The notes: generated from the sequence alone by a model not told the origin. A stretch of DNA of 51,895 nucleotides from an uncultured Eubacterium sp. (GCA_900551775.1 URXI01000001.1:1-51895); one strand, 5' to 3'; counted from the stretch's first letter, positions 18,088 through 28,509 are shown. Program-made: numbers and translations.

Positions 18088-20040
18088 CTATTCTTTTACC
18101 ATGGCAAAATCAATCTGTCTCTCTTGCGGGCTGGCACCCAGCACTACGATCTTCACCCTGTCACCCAAAGCATAGATTTTTCGTGTCTGCCTGCCGATAA
18201 CCCGATATTTTCCTTCTTCGTAATCATAGAAATCATCTTTCAGGCTGTCCAATCTGACCATGCCTTCTATGGTATCCGGCAGCTGTACATAAATGCCGAA
18301 GTTCGTCACGCCGCTGATAATGCCTTCATAGATTTCTCCCACTTTGCTTTGCATATACTGCGCCTTTTTCATCTTTTCCACTTCCCGCTCCATCTCCTGA
18401 GCCGTCCGCTCTGTCAGAGATGCGGTATCTGCTGCAATTTCTGCATCCTTTCTGAACTTCTTAAGAAGCTTTTCTGTCGCTTCGCCATTGATAGATGCTT
18501 TGATAATCCGATGAATCATCAGGTCGGGATAACGCCTGATCGGTGAAGTAAAATGACAGTAATAGGTAAATGCCAGACCAAAATGGCCTGCACACTCCGT
18601 GCTATAAAAGGCCTTTTTCATCGACCTGAGTATCACTGTGCTGACAATATTCTCATAAGGTTTCCCTTCTACCTGCTGCAAGATTTCATTGAGCAGGCGG
18701 GGATGGATGTTCTCAGGATTTCCTGCAAGATGGATTCCGAATCCGGCCAGAAACGCCTTTAACTCAACAATTTTCTCTGTGTCAGGTTTCTCGTGGACGC
18801 GGTAGACAAATGGATATTCCATCCAGTAAAAGTGCTCCGCGACCGTCTGATTGGCCGCCAACATGAATTCCTCGATGAGCCTGTTCGCTGTGCGCCGTTC
18901 TTCAATGCCGATTTCTATCGGGATTTCATCGCTGTCTAAGAGAATTTCCGCCTCATCAAAATCAAAATCGAGACTTCCCTTCTTTTTTCTCTTCTCCCTG
19001 AGAATCTCTGCTAATTTTTCCATCAGGAGCAGATCCTCGTAAATGGAAGCGTATTTCTCAATCAGTTCTCGGTCTTCTTTTTCTAAAATATCAGAAACGT
19101 CATCATAAACCATTCTCGCTTTTGAGTTTATAATGCTCTCAAAAATCTCATGATTGACGACTATTCCATCTTTGTCAATTTCCATTTCACAGGTCAGAGT
19201 CAGCCTGTCAACCTGCGGATTCAGACTGCAGATTCCATTGGACAGTACCTTGGGCAGCATAGGAACCACTCTGGAGATCAGATAAACGCTGTTACCGCGT
19301 TTGAGAGCTTCTCTGTCCAAATACCCGTCCGCTTTCACGTAATGGCTGACATCAGCAATATGGACGCCCAGCAGGAAGTTGCCATTGTGCAGCTTTTCCA
19401 CTGATATGCCGTCATCTAAGTCCTTGGCCGAGGCGCCGTCTATCGTAATAATTTTCCTATCTCTCAAATCCCTGCGTTTTGCAATCTCTTCCCTTGTGAT
19501 GGTCTCCTTGGACCTGGCCTTCGCTTCTGCATTGACCCTGCTTGGAAAAGTCTCGAAGAGGCCGTGGGCGCGAATCAAAGATTTGATTTCTCCACCGCTT
19601 TCTCCAAGCCGTGAAATAACTTCGGTAATTTTGCCTTCGGCACTGACATTTTTTTCTGGATACTTGGTAATCTTTGCAACTACCTTGTCACCGTTCTGGG
19701 CATTTCTGAAATCTGATTTTCTCACAAATACATCATCTGTATTTCTCTTGTCGTCAGGAACCACGAAACCAAATCTCTTATTTCTTTGAAATGTTCCCAC
19801 TACTTCCGTGTTTGCTCTTTCAATTACCTTGTCGATGATACCTTCCTTATTTCTCACCCACAGGTGTTTTGGCAGCAGATCAACTTCTACGGTATCGCCA
19901 TGCATAGCGCCTGCTAAGTTGCTCTTTGCAATAAATATGTCTCCCCCTTCTTCCTGCCTTACAAAGCCGAAACCTGCCTTGTTCTTGTCCAATACGCCAA
20001 TTGCTTTTTCATTTTTTATCTTTATTTTTTTCTTTCTCAT
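18088..20040 (-). CDS. rnr: Ribonuclease R (start ATG 20040)
   Basis: CSD motifs GFGFV, RNB motif TIDGASAKDLDDG, HFTSPIRRYPDL and a C-terminal S1 domain. Confidence 0.95.
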   Translation of the reverse strand: MRKKKIKIKNEKAIGVLDKNKAGFGFVRQEEGGDIFIAKSNLAGAMHGDTVEVDLLPKHLWVRNKEGIIDKVIERANTEVVGTFQRNKRFGFVVPDDKRNTDDVFVRKSDFRNAQNGDKVVAKITKYPEKNVSAEGKITEVISRLGESGGEIKSLIRAHGLFETFPSRVNAEAKARSKETITREEIAKRRDLRDRKIITIDGASAKDLDDGISVEKLHNGNFLLGVHIADVSHYVKADGYLDREALKRGNSVYLISRVVPMLPKVLSNGICSLNPQVDRLTLTCEMEIDKDGIVVNHEIFESIINSKARMVYDDVSDILEKEDRELIEKYASIYEDLLLMEKLAEILREKRKKKGSLDFDFDEAEILLDSDEIPIEIGIEERRTANRLIEEFMLAANQTVAEHFYWMEYPFVYRVHEKPDTEKIVELKAFLAGFGIHLAGNPENIHPRLLNEILQQVEGKPYENIVSTVILRSMKKAFYSTECAGHFGLAFTYYCHFTSPIRRYPDLMIHRIIKASINGEATEKLLKKFRKDAEIAADTASLTERTAQEMEREVEKMKKAQYMQSKVGEIYEGIISGVTNFGIYVQLPDTIEGMVRLDSLKDDFYDYEEGKYRVIGRQTRKIYALGDRVKIVVLGASPQERQIDFAMVKE

Positions 20041-20162
20041 ATGTCTATTGTAAACTAAAATGGCCAGATTTACCACAAGAATTAATAGATGAAAAAACGC
20101 AGACAAGATTTGTCTGCGCTTTGCGCCGTCTTCGCACTTGAGACGGACCCATGAAATTATTA

Positions 20163-20492
20163 CTATAAGGTTGACCTGGTTCCATTATCTGCAGTATTCT
20201 TGCTGACGTCACCATCGTTATTGACATTATTCTTGACGTTGTTGTTATTTTTGTTGTTATCAACGCCGTCTTTGATGTCATCAGCAGCATCACGGGCACC
20301 GTTTTCGATGTCGTCGCCAAGATCCTTAGCACCATTTTTCACATCATCTGCGCCGTCTTTGATATCCTGGCCGGCGCTATTCTGTTTGTCATCCGGAATA
20401 CCGTCAGTGTTGGCATCTTTGCTTCCGCAGCTTGTGAACACTAAAACTGTCACTAGTAATAAAGCCATTAGAAAAAATCTGGTCTTTTTCAT
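20163..20492 (-). CDS. Small lipoprotein with 11-residue repeats and an Asn-rich tail
   Basis: Lipobox FTSC; AAAGGAG SD; downstream terminator ACGCAGACAA/TTGTCTGCG. Confidence 0.8.
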   Translation of the reverse strand: MKKTRFFLMALLLVTVLVFTSCGSKDANTDGIPDDKQNSAGQDIKDGADDVKNGAKDLGDDIENGARDAADDIKDGVDNNKNNNNVKNNVNNDGDVSKNTADNGTRSTL

Positions 20493-20568
20493 TTTTAAGC
20501 TCCTTTCTTTTTTCTAATGTTATTATCTAATTCTGCGCAAAAAATATGAAAGGTATTAATAGGAATTT

Positions 20569-21594
20569 TTAATTTAGTAATGTTTTTTTACAAAAATTAA
20601 TTCGATTAGGATTGATGGTTAAGACCTCGTCATCCATTAAATTCAGCAGTTCTTCTGCATTGTGTTCCATCTTATATGTCATTTCTTCGCCATAGAGGGG
20701 AATGACTTGATAGAAATTCACTTCGCTGCCGTCAGGCATGGCACAGACATTGGCAGTTTCTTCAAAGTCTGCCGGATTGATCAACATGCATCCGGTAAGT
20801 TTGGTGCTCTCGTCAAAATACGCCCCGTTATCAACCGTATGGCCCCATCCGAGCCAGGTATCTTCGGATATCGGCAGACGTGCCAAAACTTTCAGCATTC
20901 TGATGGGCCAATACCATCTTTCTTCGTCACTTTGTAAGTTCCAATCCGGCGGAAGACAGATAGCCAATTCCGCCCGCTCCAACTTGTATTCAGCCAATTC
21001 TTCCGGTACATTCATCAGATGAGCGCCCATTCCCATGGTCACTAAAACATGATAATTCCGTTCTTCTGACGGCGGTATCATGCAGATATCCACATGGATA
21101 TCCGGAGAAATGATTTCGTGAAATACACTGTCGTAATCTCCAAAATTTTTTGTAATATGTTCTTCTATCGCATCTATCTCTTCTTCTGTATACATTTCTG
21201 GATCATATTCATCCTGTTTGATTCCCTGTTCGCGAAGCATTTCTTCTTTTGACATATTCAGAAAGTATTGCGCGTCTTCATCTCCCGGTGCTAATTCCAA
21301 ACTGCGCTGAAAAGCCTCGGCAGCTTCTTCATATCGATTGGCGAAATAACAGGCATAACCCAGTCTGAAATACCAGAGAGGGTCCTCCTCTCCGAGGTCA
21401 CTTACCATGTTCAGAAGCTGAATCGCTTTATCGTAATCACCGGTCTCTCCACGGTTGTTATATGCTCTGGCCAGATGACAGATGGTATCATAGTCATGCT
21501 CTTCCATATTTTCAATGGTATCGATAATTTTCTGGTACGCATCTTCTTCATGCCATAGGTTTAGTTGTTCTAATAGTTTTTGTTTCATTATCAT
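20569..21594 (-). CDS. TPR plus suppressor-of-fused (SUFU) domain protein
   Basis: TPR helices (WYFRLGYACY...AFQRSLELAP); HEIISPDIHVDI, VTMGMGAH, RAEL and WLGWGHT SUFU motifs. Confidence 0.85.
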   Translation of the reverse strand: MIMKQKLLEQLNLWHEEDAYQKIIDTIENMEEHDYDTICHLARAYNNRGETGDYDKAIQLLNMVSDLGEEDPLWYFRLGYACYFANRYEEAAEAFQRSLELAPGDEDAQYFLNMSKEEMLREQGIKQDEYDPEMYTEEEIDAIEEHITKNFGDYDSVFHEIISPDIHVDICMIPPSEERNYHVLVTMGMGAHLMNVPEELAEYKLERAELAICLPPDWNLQSDEERWYWPIRMLKVLARLPISEDTWLGWGHTVDNGAYFDESTKLTGCMLINPADFEETANVCAMPDGSEVNFYQVIPLYGEEMTYKMEHNAEELLNLMDDEVLTINPNRINFCKKTLLN

Positions 21595-21636
21595 TCCTCC
21601 GGGTGCTGTATATTTTAAGGTCTCCTTTATGTAAGT

Positions 21637-22413
21637 TCAGTCCCACCAAAAATACCAAATTGTAGATTTTGTCAGACAGTCTGCCAGCTCACCAATCGTG
21701 CAGTCGTCTCCGCACTGCTCCACCCTGTCTGGACAAAATGCATACTGTTCCAAGGCAAGTTTCTGCGCCGCTTCCTTCTCTACTGATTCCTCAAGGTAAA
21801 ATTCCAGTTGATCGTGGCTGATTGCCGCCGGTATCGCTCCATAGGCTTCATACCAATACTTTGCTACAGCCATCAGTTCCAATGTATCCGGGCATTCATT
21901 CCACCCTCCAAAAGGCAGATAGGCGAATATCTCCCATGGATGATTCACAGGGATACAGGCTAGAATAACTGGCTCCGTCAATCTCGTCTCGTAGTTCCAA
22001 TACGAAAGAAATTGATTCAGGGGCTCGCCGCCAGAAGACTCTCCCATGATTTCTTCTTCCCAATCAAAGCCGTCTTCCTCAGCCGCTTCTTTCCTCTCGT
22101 TGATCATGCCATCAACACACTGGCCGCCATCGGGCAGAGCGAAATCAAGCATCCTTTTTCGGTAGGCTTCAATGGCATCATGATGAATCAGATCTTCTTC
22201 CCCGAGCTCATTCTCTGAATCACTGTTCATCAACAGACACTCCCATAAAGTCTCGTCAGGTGTAATCAAAATCGGAAAAAAGCCTTCTTTTCGCCCCTCT
22301 TCCAGCTTCTGAAGATAGTTCTCCTTGATCTCATCATCATCTGGCATCGGTGCAATCACCTCACAATAACAGTCGAGATAGTCCATAAATTGTTGTATCA
22401 ATTGTTTTTCCAT
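21637..22413 (-). CDS. DUF4253 domain protein
   Basis: PFGGWNECP, YWYEAYGAIP, EQYAFCPD and C-terminal WYFWWD. Confidence 0.88.
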   Translation of the reverse strand: MEKQLIQQFMDYLDCYCEVIAPMPDDDEIKENYLQKLEEGRKEGFFPILITPDETLWECLLMNSDSENELGEEDLIHHDAIEAYRKRMLDFALPDGGQCVDGMINERKEAAEEDGFDWEEEIMGESSGGEPLNQFLSYWNYETRLTEPVILACIPVNHPWEIFAYLPFGGWNECPDTLELMAVAKYWYEAYGAIPAAISHDQLEFYLEESVEKEAAQKLALEQYAFCPDRVEQCGDDCTIGELADCLTKSTIWYFWWD

Positions 22414-22555
22414 GATATTCCTCCTCTCCCTGATCCAAAGTCGTAAGATTGTGAAACTATTATACTAGATTTATCTTCAACTTACAATCGGTTGTTACTT
22501 CCATCTTTGCCAATAAAAGAACCGCCCTTTGCCCTAGGACGGCTCTCTGTAACAA

Positions 22556-23911
22556 TTATTTAATATTTGCGGGTACTGGTTTCTTTGCCGCCTCATGTTT
22601 TGATAGAAACTTGACAAAAGGCAGCATGCCGATGATACATCCTGCAATGGCCGGCAAAATCCAGCCGATGCCAAGATCAAAGAACGGCAGCCTGGCTGCG
22701 AAGGCTCCCAATGAGCCTGTATCAATCCCTGCTGTCTTCAGTCCGTCGAAAATTCCGATGATAAATGCGAAGAGCATTCCAAGTGCATAAGCCTCATGCT
22801 TTTGACCGATGATTTTTTTTGCAAACGATAGAAGTACCAGAGTAATCGCTGGCGGATATACCATGACCAGGGCCGGCAGCGTAAAGGTGATCATCGTAGT
22901 CAGTCCAACGTTAGAAATTGCAAAGCTGAAAACACAGACACCTGTCAAAATCGCCTTATAAGAAATTCGTGGGAATATCTCGTGAAAGTAATCAGAAAAC
23001 GATGTGGCCAGGCCGATGGAAGTGGTCAGGCAAGCCAACATGACAGCCAGCCCCAAAACCGCATTACCGCCAACACCTAGAAGTCTATAGACCACCGAAG
23101 CCAAAACCTGTCCTCCGTTGCCATAGACAGTCTCCTCCATAGAGGTCTGAGCTCCTACAAAGCCCAAGGCCAGATAGACGACGCCCAGGCCGATTCCTGC
23201 CAAAACACCGGCCATCAAAGTGTAACGCACGATACTCTTCGACTGGGTAACACCCATATCCCTGATGGCGCTAATAACCACGATGGCGAAAGCCAGGGCA
23301 GCCAGCCCGTCTAAAGCGAGATATCCTTCCACCATGCCTTTGAAGAACGGCATTTCGGCGTATTCTCCCTTCGGTGAACCGATTTCTCCCACCGGATTGA
23401 TGACACTTACTACAAAGATAACTGCAATCGAAATGAGCAAAACCGGCGTCAGCACTTTGCCCACGATGTCTACAATCCGGCTGGGATTCAGACATAAAAT
23501 ATAGGTAATGCCAAAAAATAACGCCGTAAAAATAACCGATGGAACAATGCCCTTATCCTCCCCTAAGAACGGAATTGCCGCGATTTCATAAGATACGGTT
23601 CCTGTCCGCGGCAAAGCAAACAGCGGGCCGATCAAAAGGTAGATGGTCATCCCTACAAATACAGAAAATCTGGGTCCTACCAAACCTGCCAAATCATCAA
23701 GCTTCGTTCCCACCAGCACGATAGCCGCGATGCCCAGTATGGACAGCCCTGCATCTGTGACTACAAATCCCAGCGTCCCCTGAAAGAAATTTTCTCCGCC
23801 CAGATATCCAAGCATCGGCGGAAAAATCATATTCCCCGCACCAAAAAACATGGCAAACAGCATTAAAGATATCGAAATAATCTTTCCTGCGCCTAACTTC
23901 TCTTGATTCAA
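22556..23911 (-). CDS. brnQ: Branched-chain amino acid transporter BrnQ (start TTG 23911 after AAGGAG)
   Basis: LFAMFFGAGNMIFPP, IGPLFALPRT and ACLTTSIGL motifs. Confidence 0.94.
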   Translation of the reverse strand: MNQEKLGAGKIISISLMLFAMFFGAGNMIFPPMLGYLGGENFFQGTLGFVVTDAGLSILGIAAIVLVGTKLDDLAGLVGPRFSVFVGMTIYLLIGPLFALPRTGTVSYEIAAIPFLGEDKGIVPSVIFTALFFGITYILCLNPSRIVDIVGKVLTPVLLISIAVIFVVSVINPVGEIGSPKGEYAEMPFFKGMVEGYLALDGLAALAFAIVVISAIRDMGVTQSKSIVRYTLMAGVLAGIGLGVVYLALGFVGAQTSMEETVYGNGGQVLASVVYRLLGVGGNAVLGLAVMLACLTTSIGLATSFSDYFHEIFPRISYKAILTGVCVFSFAISNVGLTTMITFTLPALVMVYPPAITLVLLSFAKKIIGQKHEAYALGMLFAFIIGIFDGLKTAGIDTGSLGAFAARLPFFDLGIGWILPAIAGCIIGMLPFVKFLSKHEAAKKPVPANIK

Positions 23912-24001
23912 TTTTTCCCTCTCCTTTTCTCTGCACCCTGATAATACAGGGCACATAAAAATACGCAGATGTCTTAACATTCTGCGTATTTATCCTTCTA
24001 A

Positions 24002-25957
24002 TTATTCAGCATCTTCAGCAGGTTCTTCAGAAACAGTTTCATCTGCTGCGTCTAAAGTTTCTTTGATGCTCAGGCTGATTCTCTTTCTCTCTCTATCGAT
24101 TTCCAGAATCTTGGCCGCTACTTCCTGGCCGATGGAAAGTTCGTCAGCGATGTTGGTCACTCTCTTGTGAGCAACTTCAGAAATGTGGACAAGTCCGTCT
24201 AAGCCTGGCTCAAGTTCAACGAATGCACCGTATTCCTTGATCTGAACAACTTTTCCACTTACAACCTGTCCAACTTCGTACTTTTCGTCGATGACGGACC
24301 ATGGTTCCGGAATTGTCTGTTTCAGACCCAGTGAAATCTTGCCTTTTTCTTCGTTCATAGAAAGGATTTTGACCTTTACAGTATCTCCAATCTGAAGAAC
24401 TTCCTGAGGATGTTTCAGCTTACCCCATGAAATCTCAGAGATATGTAACAGTCCGTCGATTCCGCCAAGATCAACAAAAGCGCCGTAATCTGTGAATCTC
24501 ATTACTGTACCCTCTACGATGTCATCCACGTGAAGGCCTTCCCAGATTGCAGCAATCTTCTTCTGCTTTTCTTCGTTAAGAACGAGTTTGTGTGAGAATA
24601 CAGCTCTTCCCCTCTTCTGGTCAACTCTGGTAACTTTGACGTCCAAAGTCTGTCCCATAAATTCGTCAGCGTTTTCTACAAACTTATCTGACAGCTGTGA
24701 CAGAGGAATAAAGCCAGTGACTTCCTTATAAGCTGCAATAACGCCGCCATTTACCTGCTTGACAACTTTTACAGTTATGATCGTTTTATTTTCAAGAGCT
24801 TCATTAATTTCATTCCAATGCTCATTAATTTCTAGCTTTTTCTTTGAAAGTAAGATTCCACCATCTCCGTCATCAGTCTTGATAACCTTTGCCTGGATCT
24901 CATCGCCCTCTTTAAATAAATCAGTCAGCTTCTGTCCTTCCTCTAAAGTAATTTCTTCCACAGGAAGAATTCCGTCCTTTTTGCAACCCATATTTACGAT
25001 GACTTCTCTGTCAGTTACTTGATGTACTTTACCGTCAACGATTTCGCCAGTGCGAGGTAGTCTTAAAGACGCGTCGATTTCATCCATGAAATCTTCCATT
25101 GAATTTTTTTCGTTAGTGATCATTTCACTCATGTTAGCAATAACCTCCTTAATTACGCATTCAGGTGTTGAAGCACCTGCTGCAACTCCTATTTTATTAC
25201 ATTTTCGCAATTGTTTCAATGGTAAATCTTTAATATTTTCAATAAAAAAGGAATTATTGCAGTTTTTTTTGGAAATTTCGTACAATTTCCTCGTATTGGA
25301 ACTATTTTTCCCACCGACGATGACCATCGCATCGGTTATTTCTGACAGTGCTTCGCAGGACTGCTGGCGTTCTTTTGTCGCATTGCAGATGGTATTGTTG
25401 ATTTCTACCCCGAGATTTTTCGATTGAACGACAGGAATGATTTCATCCAGCAGTTCTTTTTTTATGGTAGTCTGGCAGACGAGAAAAAGATGCTCTCCCT
25501 TGATAGCAGCTGCCTCTTCAATTGAATTGACAATCAGCGCCGTATTCTCACACCAGCCGTTAATGCCCGTCACTTCCGGGTGATCCTTGTCGCCGATGAT
25601 CACAATTCGTTTCCCCTGCCTGTATGCTTCGTATACCAGCTGATGAATGCGGTTGACAAAGGGGCAGGTTGCGTCGATGACTTCAAGACCTCTTTCCGCC
25701 GCGCGATCAAAAAAAGCTTTGGTCTCTCCGTGGGATCTGACGATGACGATATCTCCTTCTTCTGCCTCTTCTGGCTGATAGATGATACCAACCCCTTGAT
25801 CCGCCAAATTGTCTATAACGAACTGATTGTGAATCAAAGGTCCACAGGTGTAGATTTTTTTTCCGTTATTGTTTCGAATCTGCTGTTCTGTTTTTTCAAT
25901 AGCCTGTTTGACGCCAAAACAGAATCCCGAGTTCTCTGCCCTAATGATTTCTGCCAT
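24002..25957 (-). CDS. ispH: Bifunctional IspH (LytB) / ribosomal protein S1
   Basis: GFCFGV, DATCP, ICNAT, SSNT and GASTP motifs followed by S1 repeats (YGAFVDLGGIDGLLHISE). Confidence 0.95.
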   Translation of the reverse strand: MAEIIRAENSGFCFGVKQAIEKTEQQIRNNNGKKIYTCGPLIHNQFVIDNLADQGVGIIYQPEEAEEGDIVIVRSHGETKAFFDRAAERGLEVIDATCPFVNRIHQLVYEAYRQGKRIVIIGDKDHPEVTGINGWCENTALIVNSIEEAAAIKGEHLFLVCQTTIKKELLDEIIPVVQSKNLGVEINNTICNATKERQQSCEALSEITDAMVIVGGKNSSNTRKLYEISKKNCNNSFFIENIKDLPLKQLRKCNKIGVAAGASTPECVIKEVIANMSEMITNEKNSMEDFMDEIDASLRLPRTGEIVDGKVHQVTDREVIVNMGCKKDGILPVEEITLEEGQKLTDLFKEGDEIQAKVIKTDDGDGGILLSKKKLEINEHWNEINEALENKTIITVKVVKQVNGGVIAAYKEVTGFIPLSQLSDKFVENADEFMGQTLDVKVTRVDQKRGRAVFSHKLVLNEEKQKKIAAIWEGLHVDDIVEGTVMRFTDYGAFVDLGGIDGLLHISEISWGKLKHPQEVLQIGDTVKVKILSMNEEKGKISLGLKQTIPEPWSVIDEKYEVGQVVSGKVVQIKEYGAFVELEPGLDGLVHISEVAHKRVTNIADELSIGQEVAAKILEIDRERKRISLSIKETLDAADETVSEEPAEDAE

Positions 25958-27227
25958 ACTTTTCCTCTAAACTTTCTAAGAATTTTTTAAATGAAGCTTC
26001 CGACCCGTTGGAAGTCGGTTCATAGTATCGTGCCTTTTCGCTGTACAGGTTGTCCGGCAGATATTGCTGCTGCACATATCCTCCATAGGCGTGGGGATAT
26101 TTGTAGTCGCTGCCCAATCCCATCTCCTTTGCTCCTTTGTAATGGGCATCTTTGAGATGATCTGGCACATCGTCGATTTTTCTTGTCCTGAGATCCTCCG
26201 ACGCTTTTTGATAGGCCATGAAAGCTGCATTGGACTTCGGCGCTGACGCCAGGAGAATCACTGCCTGTGCCAGATTAATAGCTGCTTCCGGATACCCTAC
26301 CATCAGTGCAGCTTGTACACAGGACGTAACGATAGAAATCGCCGATGGATAAGCCATGCCGATATCTTCACTGGCTATGACCAAGAGCCTTCTTCCCAAC
26401 ATCTGTATATCTGCTCCGCCATCAACGAGCCTGGCAAAATAGTGAATTGCAGCATCCGGGTCACTGCCCCGGATCGACTTCTGTAAAGCGGACAGCAGAT
26501 TGTATCTGTCATCCCCCTTGTCATAAAATCCGATCTTCCGCTGCATCGCTTCGGCCACCATTTCTTTGGTCATAGTCTCTGACAGATCCAGGTTATCGAT
26601 GATAAAACCGAGGGTATCCAAAGATACTCTGCCGTCGCCATTGGCCAGATTTGCCAGAATATCCAGCGCCTCTTCCTCGTACTTGATATGTAAGTTACCA
26701 AAGCCTTTCTCTGTATCGGTCAGTGCGCGGAGAAGCATTTTTTTGATGTGTCCATTGTCCAGCCGCTTAAACTCATAGATATTCCTTACCCTGCTGAGTA
26801 CGGCATTATTGATAGCAAAATATGGATTTTCCGTCGTGCTGCCGATAAATTTGATGACTCCTTCTTCCAGTGCCTTCAGGAGTGAATCCTGCTGCAGCTT
26901 ATTCCACCGATGAAACTCGTCAATATATACATAGGTCGTCCTGTTTTCTAAACCATAAAAACGCATCTTCGCGCTCTCTATCAGTTCCTTCAGTTCTTTT
27001 GTCCCCGTGGTCGATGCATTAATTTCCGTAAAACTGCTGTCCATCTCTTTGGCGATGATTCTGGCAAGGGTCGTCTTTCCCGTACCGGATGGTCCGAAAA
27101 AAATAGCTGAATCAAAGGTTTTATTCTTTATGGCATTATAGAGCAAAGATCCTTGATACATAAAATGTTCTTGTCCGACAAAATCTTCCAGATTATCTGG
27201 TCTCATCCGCGTTGATAGTGGTATCAT
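25941..27227 (-). CDS. rarA: Replication-associated recombination protein RarA/MgsA
   Basis: MRPDNLEDFVGQEH, GPSGTGKTT, DEFHRWNKLQQD, STTENPYF and KSIRGSDPDAA motifs. Confidence 0.95.
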   Translation of the reverse strand: MIPLSTRMRPDNLEDFVGQEHFMYQGSLLYNAIKNKTFDSAIFFGPSGTGKTTLARIIAKEMDSSFTEINASTTGTKELKELIESAKMRFYGLENRTTYVYIDEFHRWNKLQQDSLLKALEEGVIKFIGSTTENPYFAINNAVLSRVRNIYEFKRLDNGHIKKMLLRALTDTEKGFGNLHIKYEEEALDILANLANGDGRVSLDTLGFIIDNLDLSETMTKEMVAEAMQRKIGFYDKGDDRYNLLSALQKSIRGSDPDAAIHYFARLVDGGADIQMLGRRLLVIASEDIGMAYPSAISIVTSCVQAALMVGYPEAAINLAQAVILLASAPKSNAAFMAYQKASEDLRTRKIDDVPDHLKDAHYKGAKEMGLGSDYKYPHAYGGYVQQQYLPDNLYSEKARYYEPTSNGSEASFKKFLESLEEKYGRNH

Positions 27228-27256
27228 GTATGGTCCTCTTTCTTGTTTCAGATTTT

Positions 27257-27808
27257 TTATTTAATCACGGTTATGAATACATCTGACACCTCTTTGGAAT
27301 CTGTGTTCTTCAGTTTCTCTACTGCCTCGTCCTTGGTGCTTACAATGGGACTGATGACCTTGTATTTCCCGTCGATTTCCTTAATCTTCGTGTCAATACC
27401 CTCGTCCTCCAACTTGGAAACCAATTCTTCTGCCTTCGCCTCGGTACTGAAAAGACCGAACTGCAGAGCATAGCCCTTGTCCTCGTCATTTGGACGGTCG
27501 CTGTCCTCGTCTTTATTATCGTCCTCTTTGCTATCCTTCTGCGCCTGAGATGTGTTCTCAGACTCGTCCGCTGCGTTGGCGTCCTCATCGTCTGTGCCGT
27601 CATCGTCTCTATCGAGTACCGCTGTCAGTTTTGACGGGAGATCCAGCTTCAGAACTTCGGTATCATAACCCAGCAGCGGGGCAATAACGAAACGAGCTGT
27701 CAGATATCCGCAAATTACCGCTATCATCATTATACCAATAATGCCTAAGAATTTCATCCCAGAATTTTTTCTCTGGTTCCTGTACTTTCTAATTCTTCTT
27801 CTATTCAC
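27257..27808 (-). CDS. Membrane-anchored SPOR-domain protein
   Basis: Basic N-terminus, TM helix, acidic linker and YALQFGLFSTEAKAE SPOR-like motif. Confidence 0.75.
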   Translation of the reverse strand: MNRRRIRKYRNQRKNSGMKFLGIIGIMMIAVICGYLTARFVIAPLLGYDTEVLKLDLPSKLTAVLDRDDDGTDDEDANAADESENTSQAQKDSKEDDNKDEDSDRPNDEDKGYALQFGLFSTEAKAEELVSKLEDEGIDTKIKEIDGKYKVISPIVSTKDEAVEKLKNTDSKEVSDVFITVIK

Positions 27809-27981
27809 TTTGATGCCTCCAAAATTCTTTTATTTAAGCATATGCGCCAAAGAAAAAAGTAGACATCTTCCTTGAAAAAATTTTCAGCGATTCGCAGCAT
27901 AAAAAAGCGCAGAGCCTGTTCACATAGCGAAACAGGCTCTGGTTAAAGAAATTGCAGTAAATATCTTTCTTTGTGATATTT

Positions 27982-28509
27982 TCATTTCACACCGCAGAGA
28001 AAAACCTCCTTTCTCAGTTTTTCCAAATGGCGAATCACCGCCCTGCCGCCAAATGTATTCTGTCTGACAAATGCAATCGCATCCTCCATGTACTCTTTAC
28101 CGTCCTCGGTTCCCTTTTCTTTCAGATTTTCTAAGAGAGCCACAATTTTGTCATTTAATGCGATATCCTCTTTTTCTGGTATAAAGATGAGCTTTGCCTG
28201 ATGCAGGTCTTTTTGCACGTAAACACTTTCGTCATTCACCACATATTCGTTGGGGAAAATGTAGTGTCGCTGTGCATCATCGATCCCCTCCAGCAGAGAT
28301 AAGACAACACTCAATAGGTCTTCCGTCTCAATCTCTTTTAGGGTTGATAAATTACAGAAGCCTTCTGTCCGATAGCTGGCGATCACTTCCTCCTCCGTCT
28401 GAATGAAGGCTGCAGGTAGAAAAATCTTACAAGTCTCCAGTGTCAGCATATCCATAATGTAATTCTCCAGCTTATACTTTTGGTATTTCAGCTCCATATT
28501 TCCCGTCAT
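27982..28509 (-). CDS. Tad-locus terminal protein (DUF6382-like, no FHA domain)
   Basis: Last gene of the Tad operon; kinase-like fragment (LLEGIDDAQRHYIFPNEYVVNDESVY...LIFIP); family call from memory. Confidence 0.55.
   Translation of the reverse strand: MTGNMELKYQKYKLENYIMDMLTLETCKIFLPAAFIQTEEEVIASYRTEGFCNLSTLKEIETEDLLSVVLSLLEGIDDAQRHYIFPNEYVVNDESVYVQKDLHQAKLIFIPEKEDIALNDKIVALLENLKEKGTEDGKEYMEDAIAFVRQNTFGGRAVIRHLEKLRKEVFLCGVK

Noticed and set aside
27230..27980. 6S RNA near rarA
   Set aside because: No long rod-like self-complementary intergenic sequence seen; only a terminator hairpin
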